NCBI GenBank assembly: GCA_951812335.1
Contig: OX638293.1
Span: 2,313,584 to 2,377,583 of the forward strand
Direction of reading: 5' to 3'
Source of the DNA: Rhodothermales bacterium
GTDB taxonomy: Bacteria > Bacteroidota > Rhodothermia > Rhodothermales > VXPQ01
DNA: 64,000 nucleotides
Positions 1-10,556 of the stretch are shown here, piece after piece; position 1 is the stretch's first letter; each line of letters begins with the position of its first letter. A program made the position numbers and the translations under genes. The notes below the pieces were generated by a model. It had not been told where the DNA came from. It made no database searches and saw only the letters and a program-made list of their open reading frames with translations.

Positions 1-301
1 TTACCCCCGTATCCACCCTGCTGCGCAGACTTCTGGAAGGACGGAACATCGGCATATACCGCGCTGCGACCGGAACTTCCTCGTTCGTGCGTGGATTGCG
101 CGCCTTGCGGGCTTGCCGGTACTTGACATGAAAGGTCCCGAATCCCCGAAGTTCAATGCCTTCCCCCGATTCCAGGGCCTCCGAAACACAGGAAATAAAG
201 CCGTTGATGACCGCTTCCGTTTCTACTCTGGTCATTCCGGTACCCGTGGCAATGCGTTCGATGATATCGGATTTCGTCACCGTCGTGGAGGGTTGTTTCA
301 T
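1..301 (-). CDS. HU/IHF family DNA-binding protein (3' end runs off the window; absent from the ORF track)
   Basis: Manual translation from ATG at 301: MKQPSTTVTKSDIIERIATGTGMTRVETEAVINGFISCVSEALESGEGIELRGFGTFHVKYRQARKARNPRTNEEVPVAARYMPMFRPS. Contains the LRGFGTF and ARNPRT signatures. Confidence 0.93.
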   Translation of the reverse strand, partial: MKQPSTTVTKSDIIERIATGTGMTRVETEAVINGFISCVSEALESGEGIELRGFGTFHVKYRQARKARNPRTNEEVPVAARYMPMFRPSRSLRSRVDTGV

Positions 302-327
302 AAAAATGCGATACGTCGTATACCCAT

Positions 328-409
328 GGATACTCTGATGAAGTCCGAGAAGTTCAGAGGCTGAGAGAGGCGCTTCACGCCCGCGACGCGCCGAATCCGC
401 AGTGTATCC
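328..409 (+). repeat. Internally deleted mini-copy (G) of the ~253-bp TIR repeat family
   Basis: GGATACTCTGATGAAGTCCG...CAGAGGCTGAG joined directly to the internal segment CGCTTCACGCCCGCGACGCGCCGAATCCGCAGTGTATCC. Flanks are CCAT and ACAT. Confidence 0.8.
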
Positions 410-554
410 ACATGTCCTTAACGCCGCGCCGGACACGTCGTTTCCGGTAGTTCGGAGCGCAACGCCCGCCCGGTTCAGGAACAAGCATCCTGGGGAGGCA
501 TACGCCCTTCGTGGCGTTTCTGCGTGCTGCACGCACCGCCGCCACACATTTCAC

Positions 555-3500
555 ATGACGTACCGCCTATCGACCTACCCGATCTACCCGATGATCCGTA
601 TTCGACACGCCGTTTTGCTACTCCTCACGGGTCTGCTTTCGGCATCGAGCGGGCAGGCCCGCCAACCGTCGGACCCAATTTTCCCGCCATCGCACGCTGC
701 CTCGAAGGAGCAAAATCCGAATCCAACCGTCCGTTACGAGATGGACATCACCGTCCATCCGGACCGGCATGCCATGCAGGGGCGCCAACGCCTCACGTAT
801 ACCAACACCTCCCCGGACACGCTCTCCCGCGTATTCTATCATCTCTACTTCAATGCCTTCCAGCCTCATTCCATGATGGCCGAACGGAACCGGCAATTGC
901 CGGATCCCGACCCGCGCACAGCGCCCCGCATTTTTGACCTTGGCTCGGACGAAATCGGCTATCACCGCATCGAATCGCTCACGCAGAACGGGGAAACCGT
1001 TTCGCATCGGATATTCGACACCGTCATGGAGGTGGCGTTGGCCCGCCCCCTCCCACCGGGCGGTCAGACCGTTTTCGACATGACGTTCGTTTCGCAAATC
1101 CCCCTCCAGACCCGCCGCAGCGGGCGGGACAGTCGCGAGGGAATCGATTATTCCATGACGCAATGGTATCCGAAACTCGCGCAGTACGATGCGCGCGGAT
1201 GGCATGCGGACCCCTATGTCGGCCGGGAGTTTTACGCCCCGTTCGGAACCTTCGACGTACGCATCACCCTGCCCTCCGAATATATCGTCGCAGCCACAGG
1301 AACCCTGCGGAACCCGAACGAGGTCGGCCACGGCTACGCAAGCGATTCGCTCAATACGGATACCCCTGCAGCACAAACCGATTCGCTGACCTGGCATTTT
1401 TACGCAGAAAATGTCCATGACTTCGCCTGGTCGGCCGACCCGGACTACATTCACGATGTGCTCGAAACGGAAGCAGGCTACGCCATTCACCTGCTCTACC
1501 AGCCGGATGTAGCCGAGGTATGGCAAACGCTCCACGAAGCCGCCCCGAAGATCATGGCGTTCTTCGAGGAACGCTACGGCCGCTATCTCTATCCGCAGAT
1601 GACCATTGCGCAGGGTGGGGACGGCGGAATGGAATACCCGATGATTACCCTCGTAACAGGCAAGCGCCCCCCACCCTCTCTTCTCGGCGTAACGGCCCAC
1701 GAAGTGGCGCATATGTGGTTTTACGGGATGATCGGGTCGAACGAAGCAGATCATGCGTGGATGGATGAAGGTTTTACGAATTATGCAACACGCGAAGTGC
1801 TTGCGCACATCCGCGAGCAACCGCGGCCCTCGCACGCGGGCGCGCTGTCCGGCATCCTGAATATGAAGCGCCTTGGTCTCTTCGAGCCGTTGAATACCCC
1901 CGGCGACTGGTTCGATACGAACATTGCCTATGGCGTATCCTCCTATTCGGGCGGCGAGATGATGCTCGACATGCTGGGCTACGTTATCTCCGACTCGCTG
2001 CGCGACCGGTTCCTGCTCGAATACCACCGGCAATTTGCGTTCCGGCATGCCGGTCCGCACGATGTCGAGCATGTCGCCGAGCAGGTGTCGGGCATCCGCC
2101 TCGACTGGTATTTCCAGCAATTCGGGGACGTGGACTGGGAACTGGATTACGAGGTGCGGAAATTCAGACGGACTCTGGACGGCGACGCATGGCGCACGAC
2201 CATGACGCTGAAAAGGCTTGGACGGGCCGTCATGCCCATCGACCTGCAAATCACGCTCGAAGACGGGTCGGTACAGTGGGTGCATATACCGCTGGGCGTC
2301 ATGCAGGGGCGCAAGCCAGTCCTGGAAGACTGGATCGTGGCGGCCCCCTGGGCCTGGACCTCGCCGGAATACGCGCTGGAAGTCATGTTGCCGGCGAAAC
2401 CGCGCAGCGCCGAAATCGACCCGTACGTACGAACTCCGGAATCGGATCGGCTCAACAACACCACCGCACGACCCATCGAGATTTCTTTCCTGAAACCTCC
2501 TTCCCCGAACATGCGCCGGTATGCCTACGGATGGCGTCCTGTCGTGCAGGTCGCACAATTCTGGGGCCCCGGCATAGGGGTTCAATACCGTGGAGCGTAT
2601 CCCCTCACCGGGAGAGAAAGAAAGGGTATGGTGAAGCTCTGGCCGCAGGTGCTCTTCAGCGAAGGAAACGAACCGGACGTTACCTATTTCCTGGCGGATC
2701 GTAAACCCCCGATGTTTAGAGCCTTCGACGGCGTCGACTACGACTTCTCCGCCTCGGAAGAGTATCTGAAAGGCTACCTGATAAACTGGTCGTCCCGGGC
2801 ACAGGAACGTTTGGGCGTTTACCAGGGCGACATGCGGGTGTCCTTTTCGGATCCGGACGACCTCCTGCGACCTAAAAGCCGCCGCTTTACGGTCGGTGCA
2901 AAGGGCCGTTTCCTGGTGAGCGACCGCGCCAGAACCCGGTACACGTCCAGCCTCCACCTGCGGGACATGTTTTCCATCTACGGGCGTCTGGAAGGAGCAA
3001 GCGACTGGTACCGATACACCCTTTTTGCGGAAACCGGCGTGGAAGACAGTGGACCATACACGGCCAACCGGATGTCGACGGATCTGGCTGTCGGCATGCC
3101 GATCGGGCCGTTCACAGGGTCTCTACGCCTGTTTCTGGGGGCTGGCGCACCGGACGGCCTCTCCCCGGACAAGCGATTCCGTTTCGGGGGCGTATCTCTT
3201 GAAGAACAGTGGAACGACACGGCGTACCGGACGGTGGAAGGGCTCTTCGAAGAACCGTTCCGCGATGCGCCCTGGGTGGCCTTTGGTGCGCCGGGCCCAG
3301 TCGCTTACATGCGCCAGACCGAGCCGTATTCCCGCAGCGGACACATACACCGGGATACCGATGCGCACGCACACCGGAACGGCGATTCGGACATCCGCCC
3401 GGACGAGGAAGATCTCCCTTTCGCTGTCCCGGAAATGATCGCCTTCAGCACAAGGCTGCTCTCGCCCCGGTTGCGGGGGCCGAGGTTCCTGCGCCCCCTC

Positions 3501-3788
3501 CGACTGGAACTGTTTATGGGCGCAGGATATGTGTTAGACCTGATAGAGCAAGAGCGGGACGAGCGTCGGAAACGGACCCTGATGGACGCCGGACTCGGCG
3601 TGCGGTACGATCTTAATCGCCTGCAGGGATTCGACCGCTGGATCCGACAATCCGACTTCCTGTCCGATCTTGTGCTCGTGGCGCGCTTTCCCCTGTGGGC
3701 GAACGATTACGAATATGCGGACAGCGACGCGCCCTTCGCCTTCCGCTGGCTGCTTGGCGTGCAACTGGACCGTCTTCCCTGGGATTGA
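555..3788 (+). CDS. M1 family zinc aminopeptidase, secreted, with long C-terminal extension (start 555 or 591)
   Basis: GGMEYP exopeptidase motif, HEVAH zinc motif with downstream MDEGF, N-terminal signal peptide, PQWYPK and DIDYSMT-like M1 N-domain motifs. Confidence 0.9.
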   Translation: MTYRLSTYPIYPMIRIRHAVLLLLTGLLSASSGQARQPSDPIFPPSHAASKEQNPNPTVRYEMDITVHPDRHAMQGRQRLTYTNTSPDTLSRVFYHLYFNAFQPHSMMAERNRQLPDPDPRTAPRIFDLGSDEIGYHRIESLTQNGETVSHRIFDTVMEVALARPLPPGGQTVFDMTFVSQIPLQTRRSGRDSREGIDYSMTQWYPKLAQYDARGWHADPYVGREFYAPFGTFDVRITLPSEYIVAATGTLRNPNEVGHGYASDSLNTDTPAAQTDSLTWHFYAENVHDFAWSADPDYIHDVLETEAGYAIHLLYQPDVAEVWQTLHEAAPKIMAFFEERYGRYLYPQMTIAQGGDGGMEYPMITLVTGKRPPPSLLGVTAHEVAHMWFYGMIGSNEADHAWMDEGFTNYATREVLAHIREQPRPSHAGALSGILNMKRLGLFEPLNTPGDWFDTNIAYGVSSYSGGEMMLDMLGYVISDSLRDRFLLEYHRQFAFRHAGPHDVEHVAEQVSGIRLDWYFQQFGDVDWELDYEVRKFRRTLDGDAWRTTMTLKRLGRAVMPIDLQITLEDGSVQWVHIPLGVMQGRKPVLEDWIVAAPWAWTSPEYALEVMLPAKPRSAEIDPYVRTPESDRLNNTTARPIEISFLKPPSPNMRRYAYGWRPVVQVAQFWGPGIGVQYRGAYPLTGRERKGMVKLWPQVLFSEGNEPDVTYFLADRKPPMFRAFDGVDYDFSASEEYLKGYLINWSSRAQERLGVYQGDMRVSFSDPDDLLRPKSRRFTVGAKGRFLVSDRARTRYTSSLHLRDMFSIYGRLEGASDWYRYTLFAETGVEDSGPYTANRMSTDLAVGMPIGPFTGSLRLFLGAGAPDGLSPDKRFRFGGVSLEEQWNDTAYRTVEGLFEEPFRDAPWVAFGAPGPVAYMRQTEPYSRSGHIHRDTDAHAHRNGDSDIRPDEEDLPFAVPEMIAFSTRLLSPRLRGPRFLRPLRLELFMGAGYVLDLIEQERDERRKRTLMDAGLGVRYDLNRLQGFDRWIRQSDFLSDLVLVARFPLWANDYEYADSDAPFAFRWLLGVQLDRLPWD

Positions 3789-3821
3789 CATCCCCTCAAC
3801 CTTGTAAATTCTGTCGAAGAA

Positions 3822-4613
3822 ATGCTTCGTTTATCGACCCGTAGGATCACAACCCTGACAGGCGCCGCGCTTCTTGCCCTTGCCGCATGCGGCGGCGAAC
3901 CATCCGAGCAGACGCCCGGCCAGAACAAAGCCGCGGATATCGTACGGCAGGCTGTCCTTGCACACGGCGGCGAACACGCGGACCGGGTGAAAATCGGTTT
4001 CGACTTCCGGGAATACCACTACACGATCATGCTGAACGGAGGAATGTTCCAGTACGAACGCGAGCGACCGGATTCGGTCGGGTATATCCGGGACGTACTG
4101 AATAACGACGGGTTCTACCGGGAAATAGACGGGGCGCGCGTGGACCTGCCGGAGGAGACGGCCGCCAGGTATTCCTTCTCCCTCAACGCCGTCTCCTACT
4201 TCATGCTGTTGCCTTTCAAGCTGACCGACAACGCCGTACAAACCCGGTATCTGGCCGAGGAAACCGTCAAGGGCGAGCCGTACCACGAAATCGAAGTGAC
4301 CTTTCGACAGGAAGGAGGAGGCCGCGACTACCAGGACCGGTTCGTGTACTGGTTTCACCGCGACCGCCACACCATGGACTATTTTGCGTACGATTACGAA
4401 ACAAGCGATTCCGGGACACGCTTCCGGGAAGCGTACAATGCGCGTACCGTGGGCGGTATCCGTTTCCAGGATTATCTGAATTTCACCTCGCCGGTTATCG
4501 CAGCGCCCGGAGACCCCATCGAGCAAATGGACAGTCTGCTGGACATCCAGGAACTGGACACGGTATCCGTCATCGAAACGACCGGCATCGTCGTAGAGAA
4601 AATCGACGAATAG
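3822..4613 (+). CDS. Lipoprotein, probable DUF6503 family
   Basis: Lipobox LAAC; FDFREYHY, NAVSYFMLLPFKL, EVTFRQEGGGRDYQD and RFREAYN match my recollection of DUF6503. Confidence 0.7.
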   Translation: MLRLSTRRITTLTGAALLALAACGGEPSEQTPGQNKAADIVRQAVLAHGGEHADRVKIGFDFREYHYTIMLNGGMFQYERERPDSVGYIRDVLNNDGFYREIDGARVDLPEETAARYSFSLNAVSYFMLLPFKLTDNAVQTRYLAEETVKGEPYHEIEVTFRQEGGGRDYQDRFVYWFHRDRHTMDYFAYDYETSDSGTRFREAYNARTVGGIRFQDYLNFTSPVIAAPGDPIEQMDSLLDIQELDTVSVIETTGIVVEKIDE

Positions 4614-4666
4614 ATGCGATCCCGGTCGTATATTCAATCACTTATCCATACAAAAACAATCACACC

Positions 4667-5236
4667 ATGACTGCAACCATGCACCGCACCTTGCTCCCCC
4701 TGCTCATCGCAGCAGGCCTTCTCGTTTTCGGCGCTCATTCCGTCGCCGCACAGGACGTCATTGAGCCACCCAACCCGCTGAGTCCGCGGGCCGTTACCCA
4801 AACCTCGTTCAACGATGGAACCTATGCCAGCATCCACTACGGATCGCCTCGCAAGCGCGACCGGGAAATTTTCGGCGAACTGGTGCCGTTCGGTCAGGTC
4901 TGGCGTCTGGGCGCTAACGAAGCCACAGAAATGACCGTGACGCAAGACATTCGGCTCGGAGACATGGATCTGGCCGCAGGCACCTATGCTCTCCTCGCCA
5001 TCCCGAACGAGGAAACATGGACCTTGATCGTGAATGCCGGCCTGGGCATGTGGGGCGCCTTTTCCTACTCGGATGAGCACGATGCCCTGCGCCTGGAAAC
5101 CCCGGTAAGCATGACCGACAACATCCACGAGGCGTTTACGATCGCCCTCGAGGCAAACGAGGAAGGCTCCGCCGCCACGCTTTCCATGATGTGGGATCGG
5201 ACAAGCGTGACGATTCCAGTAACGCCGGTGGAATAA
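4667..5236 (+). CDS. DUF2911 domain-containing secreted protein
   Basis: Signal peptide; LSPRA, IHYGSPRKRDREIFGELVPFGQVWRLGANEAT motif. Confidence 0.9.
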   Translation: MTATMHRTLLPLLIAAGLLVFGAHSVAAQDVIEPPNPLSPRAVTQTSFNDGTYASIHYGSPRKRDREIFGELVPFGQVWRLGANEATEMTVTQDIRLGDMDLAAGTYALLAIPNEETWTLIVNAGLGMWGAFSYSDEHDALRLETPVSMTDNIHEAFTIALEANEEGSAATLSMMWDRTSVTIPVTPVE

Positions 5237-5308
5237 TTCGCCGGCTATTCCCCCGGAAAGAGGATGCCTCGCAAGGTTGCCTCGTCGAAATCATGATGCG
5301 GACACGCC

Positions 5309-8149
5309 ATGCAGCTTTCGGGGCTTGACGTCGAGGCAGAGGGCACGGGCATATCGCGCCCGTTGAGCCGGCAGGTCAATCTCCTCGGCAAGCTACTTGG
5401 GCAGGCTATACGCCTGCAGGCAGGGCAGGACACCCTCGACCTGGTGGAGGAGTTACGGATGCTCTGCAAGCATGCGGTGACGGAGAATACCCCGGCGCCC
5501 CGTATAAAGGCGAAAAACCGCATTGCGCAGCTTGGCGACGAGGAGATTCTTTGGCTGCTTCGCGCCTACACCGCATTCTTCCATCTGGTGAATCAGGCGG
5601 AGCAGGAAGAAATCATCCGCATCAACCGGGATCGGGCCCGTTCCGGATCGCCGGAACAACCCCGGGCGGAATCCATCCTCGAGGCAATCCACTATCTCAA
5701 GGAAGAGGGATATTCCTACGAAGAAGTTCTCGCACTCTTCGGTCAACTGGATATCCAACCGACGCTGACGGCGCATCCTACGGAGGCGCGTCGGCTCAGC
5801 ATCCTGTACAAGCAACAGCACATCTCGCGGGTCCTGTCGCGGCTCAACCGGGAGCACCTGACACCGAGAGAAAAAGAACGCGCCCTATCGGATATCCGAA
5901 ACCAGATCGCCCTGCTCCTGTCCACCGATGAGATTCGCGCGGATACGCCCAGCGTAGACGACGAGGTGGACCAGGGGCTTTACTTCTTGCGCAATGCGAT
6001 CCGGGAAACCATACCGGACATCTATGACGACGTACGACGGGGACTGCATGCCTATTACGGGACATCGGGAGACATCCCCGTATTTCTGAAATACCGATCC
6101 TGGATCGGAAGCGACCGGGACGGCAACCCGAATGTCACGGCGGACGTAACGCGGCGAACCTTCGCTAAGCAGCGCCTCACCGCCATCAATATCTTTTATG
6201 AAGAATTGGTGGAACTGCGCCGGGAACTCAGTATTTCGAGCCGACAGGTATCCGTCCCCCAAGCGCTGTACGATGCGATCGCCGCCGATGCAAAGGATAT
6301 CGACCTCGACGCAAAAGCCCAACGGATATACCGCCACGAGCCCTACCGGCTCAAGATAAGTTATATGATGGAGCGGCTGCTCCGGCTCGCACAGCAAGTG
6401 CAGGCCGAGCTGGACCGGGATACGCCGCACCGGGACCGTCAGGAAACGGGCAGTGCATGCAGCTACAGCGGTGCGGCTTTTGTCCGGGACCTGGATACGC
6501 TCCGGAAATGTCTCGTCGGAACGGGCTACGAAGCCTATGCCGAAGCCGGTCACTTGCAGCGCATTCTCGTCCGGGCGCGCACATTCGGGTTTCATATGGC
6601 GGCGCTGGACGTACGACAGCACAGCCGCATACACGAGCAGGCCGTAACGGCTATCCTGCGCTCCGCAAACGTACACGACGATTACGCCAGCCTCGACGAA
6701 TCCGAAAAAATCGATCTGCTCGCCGGCGAACTGGAAAACCCGCGCGCTCTGGCGCCGCGCAACGCCGAATTGCCCGAAATGGCGCAGCAAGTCGTGGAAA
6801 GCTTCGAGGCCGTCCGGGAAATTCTTGACCGAGAGCCGTCCGCCATGGGCAGTTACGTCATCAGCATGACGCATACCGTAAGCGACGTGCTGGAGGCCAT
6901 GTTGCTGGCAAAGGTGGTTGGACTCTGGGGCATACAGGACGGGGAATTGTCCTGTCCGATCGATATCGTACCTCTCTTCGAAACGATCGAAGACCTGGCA
7001 GAGGCGGACGCGCTCATGAGCGCGCTCTTCTCCAACCCCGTGTACAACAAGCACCTCGAATCCCGCGGGCGTTTCCAGGAAATCATGCTTGGCTACTCGG
7101 ATTCGAACAAAGACGGCGGATACTGGATGGCCAACTGGGCGCTGCACAAGGCGCAAAAAGACCTGGGCGTTGTCTGTAGGGATCATGAGGTAACACTGCG
7201 GCTTTTTCACGGCCGGGGCGGTACAGTCGGGCGTGGAGGCGGCCGGGCCAATCAGGCTATTCTCGCCATGCCGCCCGTCGTGCATAATGGACAAATCCGG
7301 TTTACCGAGCAGGGAGAGGTCATCTCGTTCCGGTATGCGCTACCGGACATTGCCCGGCGACACCTGGAGCAGATTGTCAGTGCGATGATCGTGAGCACGG
7401 CCTCGGGATCGCGGCGGAACGGAAAAAACGACTATGGGACGGCGCCCGGAAATGTCGAGGTGCTGGATCGCATTGCGGGCAACTCCATGGAAGCTTATCG
7501 AGGGCTTATCGAAGACAGCGCCCTCTGGCCGTGGTATACGCAAGTCACCCCGATCGAGCAGATAAGCCGGTTGCCCATCGCTTCGCGGCCTGTTTCGCGC
7601 GGTTCTGCGCATGAGGTACACTTCGAATCGTTGCGGGCCATCCCGTGGGTCTTCGCATGGACCCAGACACGGTACACACTGCCGGGCTGGTTCGGAACGG
7701 GATACGGACTGGCCTCGCTCGCGGAAGAAGACCCGGAGATGCTATCCCGGCTCCGGACGCTCTATCGGGAATGGACCTTCTTCCGGGCCGTCGTGAACAG
7801 TGCGCAACGGGAAATGGCGCGGGCGCGGTTCGATATCTCGCAGCACTACAGGGAATTGGAGGATTCCTCCAAAGGCGCCCATATCCACGAACGGATCGCC
7901 GAAGATTTCCGCAGGGCGCATGACATGATTCTCTGGATCACCGGGCAAAACGAGCTACTCGACAGTAACCCGGTCATTCAGAAATCCATTTTCCTGCGCA
8001 ATCCCTACACGGACGTACTTAACCTGCTACAGGTCGAACTTATCAAGCGGTATAGGGCCGCCGAGCTGGAAGAAACACAGGATGCGCTTCGGCAGGCCCT
8101 GTTCCTGAGCATCAACGGCATTGCGGCAGCGATGCAGAGTACGGGGTAG
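5309..8149 (+). CDS. ppc: Phosphoenolpyruvate carboxylase
   Basis: LTAHPTE, SWIGSDRDGNP, QEIMLGYSDSNKDGG, FHGRGGTVGRGG, LRAIPWVFAWTQ and terminal GIAAAMQSTG. Confidence 0.98.
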   Translation: MQLSGLDVEAEGTGISRPLSRQVNLLGKLLGQAIRLQAGQDTLDLVEELRMLCKHAVTENTPAPRIKAKNRIAQLGDEEILWLLRAYTAFFHLVNQAEQEEIIRINRDRARSGSPEQPRAESILEAIHYLKEEGYSYEEVLALFGQLDIQPTLTAHPTEARRLSILYKQQHISRVLSRLNREHLTPREKERALSDIRNQIALLLSTDEIRADTPSVDDEVDQGLYFLRNAIRETIPDIYDDVRRGLHAYYGTSGDIPVFLKYRSWIGSDRDGNPNVTADVTRRTFAKQRLTAINIFYEELVELRRELSISSRQVSVPQALYDAIAADAKDIDLDAKAQRIYRHEPYRLKISYMMERLLRLAQQVQAELDRDTPHRDRQETGSACSYSGAAFVRDLDTLRKCLVGTGYEAYAEAGHLQRILVRARTFGFHMAALDVRQHSRIHEQAVTAILRSANVHDDYASLDESEKIDLLAGELENPRALAPRNAELPEMAQQVVESFEAVREILDREPSAMGSYVISMTHTVSDVLEAMLLAKVVGLWGIQDGELSCPIDIVPLFETIEDLAEADALMSALFSNPVYNKHLESRGRFQEIMLGYSDSNKDGGYWMANWALHKAQKDLGVVCRDHEVTLRLFHGRGGTVGRGGGRANQAILAMPPVVHNGQIRFTEQGEVISFRYALPDIARRHLEQIVSAMIVSTASGSRRNGKNDYGTAPGNVEVLDRIAGNSMEAYRGLIEDSALWPWYTQVTPIEQISRLPIASRPVSRGSAHEVHFESLRAIPWVFAWTQTRYTLPGWFGTGYGLASLAEEDPEMLSRLRTLYREWTFFRAVVNSAQREMARARFDISQHYRELEDSSKGAHIHERIAEDFRRAHDMILWITGQNELLDSNPVIQKSIFLRNPYTDVLNLLQVELIKRYRAAELEETQDALRQALFLSINGIAAAMQSTG

Positions 8150-8205
8150 GAGCTGGAAATTTCGCTTGCTTTCTCCGGGATCGAATTCGAATTCGATCAT
8201 GATAC

Positions 8206-8227
8206 AAGGAGCTTAAAGTGCTCCTTT
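8206..8227. terminator. Short hairpin between convergent ppc and small ORF, possible terminator
   Basis: AAGGAGC-TTAAAGT-GCTCCTT, 7-bp stem followed by T. Confidence 0.35.
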
Positions 8228-8558
8228 AACACCCCGTTTCCCCATCGACAATGCGCGCAACGGTAAGCGTGGCGGCATGGGCATACAGATCGGGCGCCAA
8301 CGTAAAGTCCGCATCGGCAGAAAAGCCGCCCTGAAATTCTGCATAGAAAGGAAGCGCCATCCCGGGAGCGTAATAATACGGCGGGGGCAAGGTACCTGCA
8401 TTATCGTCATAATACTGCAGATCGTACGAAGACGACCCCGAAGCAGGCGCATCCTCCGATTGAGAGGCCTCCGGCGGGTCCATACGATACCATATCGCCA
8501 TGCCGAGATTGGCGGCAAGGAGAACAATCAGCGTCACAAACAGCACCCGCACAGACAT
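8226..8558 (-). CDS. Hypothetical small membrane-anchored protein
   Basis: N-terminal hydrophobic helix (VLFVTLIVLLAANLGMAIWY); lies directly downstream of, and co-directional with, the MDR gene. No family recognised. Confidence 0.5.
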   Translation of the reverse strand: MSVRVLFVTLIVLLAANLGMAIWYRMDPPEASQSEDAPASGSSSYDLQYYDDNAGTLPPPYYYAPGMALPFYAEFQGGFSADADFTLAPDLYAHAATLTVARIVDGETGC

Positions 8559-8603
8559 GATGCGACGATACGTAAAGAGTTACAAGCACTGGGAAAACCC
8601 CGG

Positions 8604-9605
8604 CTACTTCCTCACATCCACCAGCAGCCTGCCACGGATCGCGCCGGACAGAAGCCGTTCGCTATACGATGGAAGATCGTCCAACCCGATCGTATCCGCA
8701 AGAAGACGCTCCGCCAGATCGTCGGTCATCCAACGGGCAAGCCGCGCCCAAGCTTGCCGCCGCACGGGAACGGGGCATGTGTTCGTATCCACCCCGATCA
8801 GACGCACGCCCCGCAGGATGAACGGAAACACCGTAGTGTGCAAAGCATGCCCCCCGGCCAGCCCGCACGCCACGGCGGTCCCGTGACGCTTCAGGCGGGA
8901 CAGGAGCGCTTCCAGCGTTTTCCCGCCCACGACATCCACGGCGCCGAGCCATTCCGCCGAGTCCAGCGGGCGCGCGGCGCCTGTGGCAAGCGCCTCGCGT
9001 TCGACGATCCGGTCTGCGCCGAGACGCTCCAACCAGTCCTGCGCATCCGGACTCCCTGTCGAGGCCGCCACGCGGTATCCCGCTTCATGCAGCAACCCCA
9101 CGGTAAAACTCCCCACGCCGCCCGATGCGCCGGTCACAAGCACTTCGCCCTTTCTCGCTCCGACGCCATGCGCTTCCAGTTCCATCACGGCAAGCATAGC
9201 CGTAAGCCCCGCCGTCCCGGCCAGCATGGCTTTTTCAAGGGACATTCCCTCCGGGAGCGGGAGCAATTTGGCTGCGTCCACACGCTGCGCCTCGGCATAC
9301 CCGCCCCAGTGGGATTCTCCCAGCCCCCAGCCCGTACCGATCACCAGATCTCCCGGCTTGTACGCCTCCGAATCGGAAGCGCGCACCTTCCCGGCAAGAT
9401 CGATCCCCGGTACAAACGGCCAGGCGCCGCGAATAATTTTGCCTCGTCCGGTAATCGCCAGGGCGTCCTTATAGTTGAGGCCTGAATACCGCACGTCCAG
9501 GAGCACGTCCCCTTCCGGCAAACGGGATTCGTCCATCTCGCAGACCGACGCCTCCACGTCGCCATCCCGGCGATTCAGCAAAAGCACTCTCGACATGCCG
9601 CTCAC
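8604..9605 (-). CDS. MDR superfamily oxidoreductase, YhdH/AcuI (acryloyl-CoA reductase-like)
   Basis: [38 protein letters not shown] and PFILRGV motifs. Confidence 0.92.
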   Translation of the reverse strand: MSGMSRVLLLNRRDGDVEASVCEMDESRLPEGDVLLDVRYSGLNYKDALAITGRGKIIRGAWPFVPGIDLAGKVRASDSEAYKPGDLVIGTGWGLGESHWGGYAEAQRVDAAKLLPLPEGMSLEKAMLAGTAGLTAMLAVMELEAHGVGARKGEVLVTGASGGVGSFTVGLLHEAGYRVAASTGSPDAQDWLERLGADRIVEREALATGAARPLDSAEWLGAVDVVGGKTLEALLSRLKRHGTAVACGLAGGHALHTTVFPFILRGVRLIGVDTNTCPVPVRRQAWARLARWMTDDLAERLLADTIGLDDLPSYSERLLSGAIRGRLLVDVRK

Positions 9606-10003
9606 TCTGCATCCTCTTCAAAATCGAGCGCCGCGGAATTGATGCAATACCGCAACCCGGTGGGATTCGGACCATCTTCGAACACATGCCCGAGATGGGA
9701 ATCGCACCGGGAACACAACACCTCTGTGCGCACCCGGCCCAGACTGCGGTCTTCCTCCGTTTCGACAGCGTCTTCACTCGCCGGCTGGTAAAAACTGGGC
9801 CATCCGCTACCGGAGTCGTACTTGGTGTCGGAGTCGAAAAGCGACTGACCGCAGGCCACGCAGATATAAGACCCTGGGTCCTTGTGATCGCACCAGGCGC
9901 CGGAGAACGCCGGTTCAGTGCCCTTTTTGCGAAGTATTCTGTACTGTTCGGGGGAAAGATCGTCTTTCCACTCCGCTTCTGACTTGCTGATTTTCCTGGC
10001 CAT
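9602..10003 (-). CDS. msrB: Peptide-methionine (R)-S-oxide reductase
   Basis: Start [12 protein letters not shown]; [34 protein letters not shown] and RYCINS. Confidence 0.97.
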   Translation of the reverse strand: MARKISKSEAEWKDDLSPEQYRILRKKGTEPAFSGAWCDHKDPGSYICVACGQSLFDSDTKYDSGSGWPSFYQPASEDAVETEEDRSLGRVRTEVLCSRCDSHLGHVFEDGPNPTGLRYCINSAALDFEEDAE

Positions 10004-10151
10004 GGATCGTAAAACCGGGTTGGTGAAGAAGGTGCGCCTGTACGCGAAGACCGCTCGTGAAAATACCGAAAAAAGAAAACTTCGTGAGTTAAAGGATACA
10101 CGGGGACAGAAAGCATTGAAATCGGCAGCCCTCACACATACCTGCCTTCCT

Positions 10152-10556
10152 TTAGTATGAGGCCCAGAATGCCTGCTTGAAATGTGTAACGACAGGATCG
10201 ACATTTTTCTGCAACACGACCGCAATTACATCGAACCGGCAAGGCGCCTGCTCCATGCTGCGCTCACGGAGCCAGGCCTGCGCCGCCTGCGCAATATGAC
10301 GCCGCTTTCTCGCCGATATGGCTTCCTCAGGACGTCCGAACCCGAGACCGGAACGGGTTTTTACTTCGGTGAATACGATCTCGCCTTGCCCGGAAAAAGT
10401 GTCGGAATCATCGCCGGATGGTTCGCGGCATACCAGATCGATCTCCAGGCGCCCGAACCGGTAATTGCGATCGAGAATGCGGTACCCGATGGATTCCAGA
10501 TACGCGGCGGCAATATCTTCTCCCCTGCTCCCTATGTTTTGCCCTCGTAGGGACAT
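10152..10556 (-). CDS. yraN: YraN family protein (UPF0102)
   Basis: [25 protein letters not shown] and CRFDVIAV. Confidence 0.93.
   Translation of the reverse strand: MSLRGQNIGSRGEDIAAAYLESIGYRILDRNYRFGRLEIDLVCREPSGDDSDTFSGQGEIVFTEVKTRSGLGFGRPEEAISARKRRHIAQAAQAWLRERSMEQAPCRFDVIAVVLQKNVDPVVTHFKQAFWASY

Noticed and set aside
618-2957. Long antisense or alternate-frame ORFs (e.g. 618-2957, 18552-20045, 37871-39013, 44304-46397, 49611-51161, 52336-54315, 59568-61109)
   Set aside because: They fully overlap well-supported genes on the other strand and lack family motifs; this is expected in GC-rich DNA.
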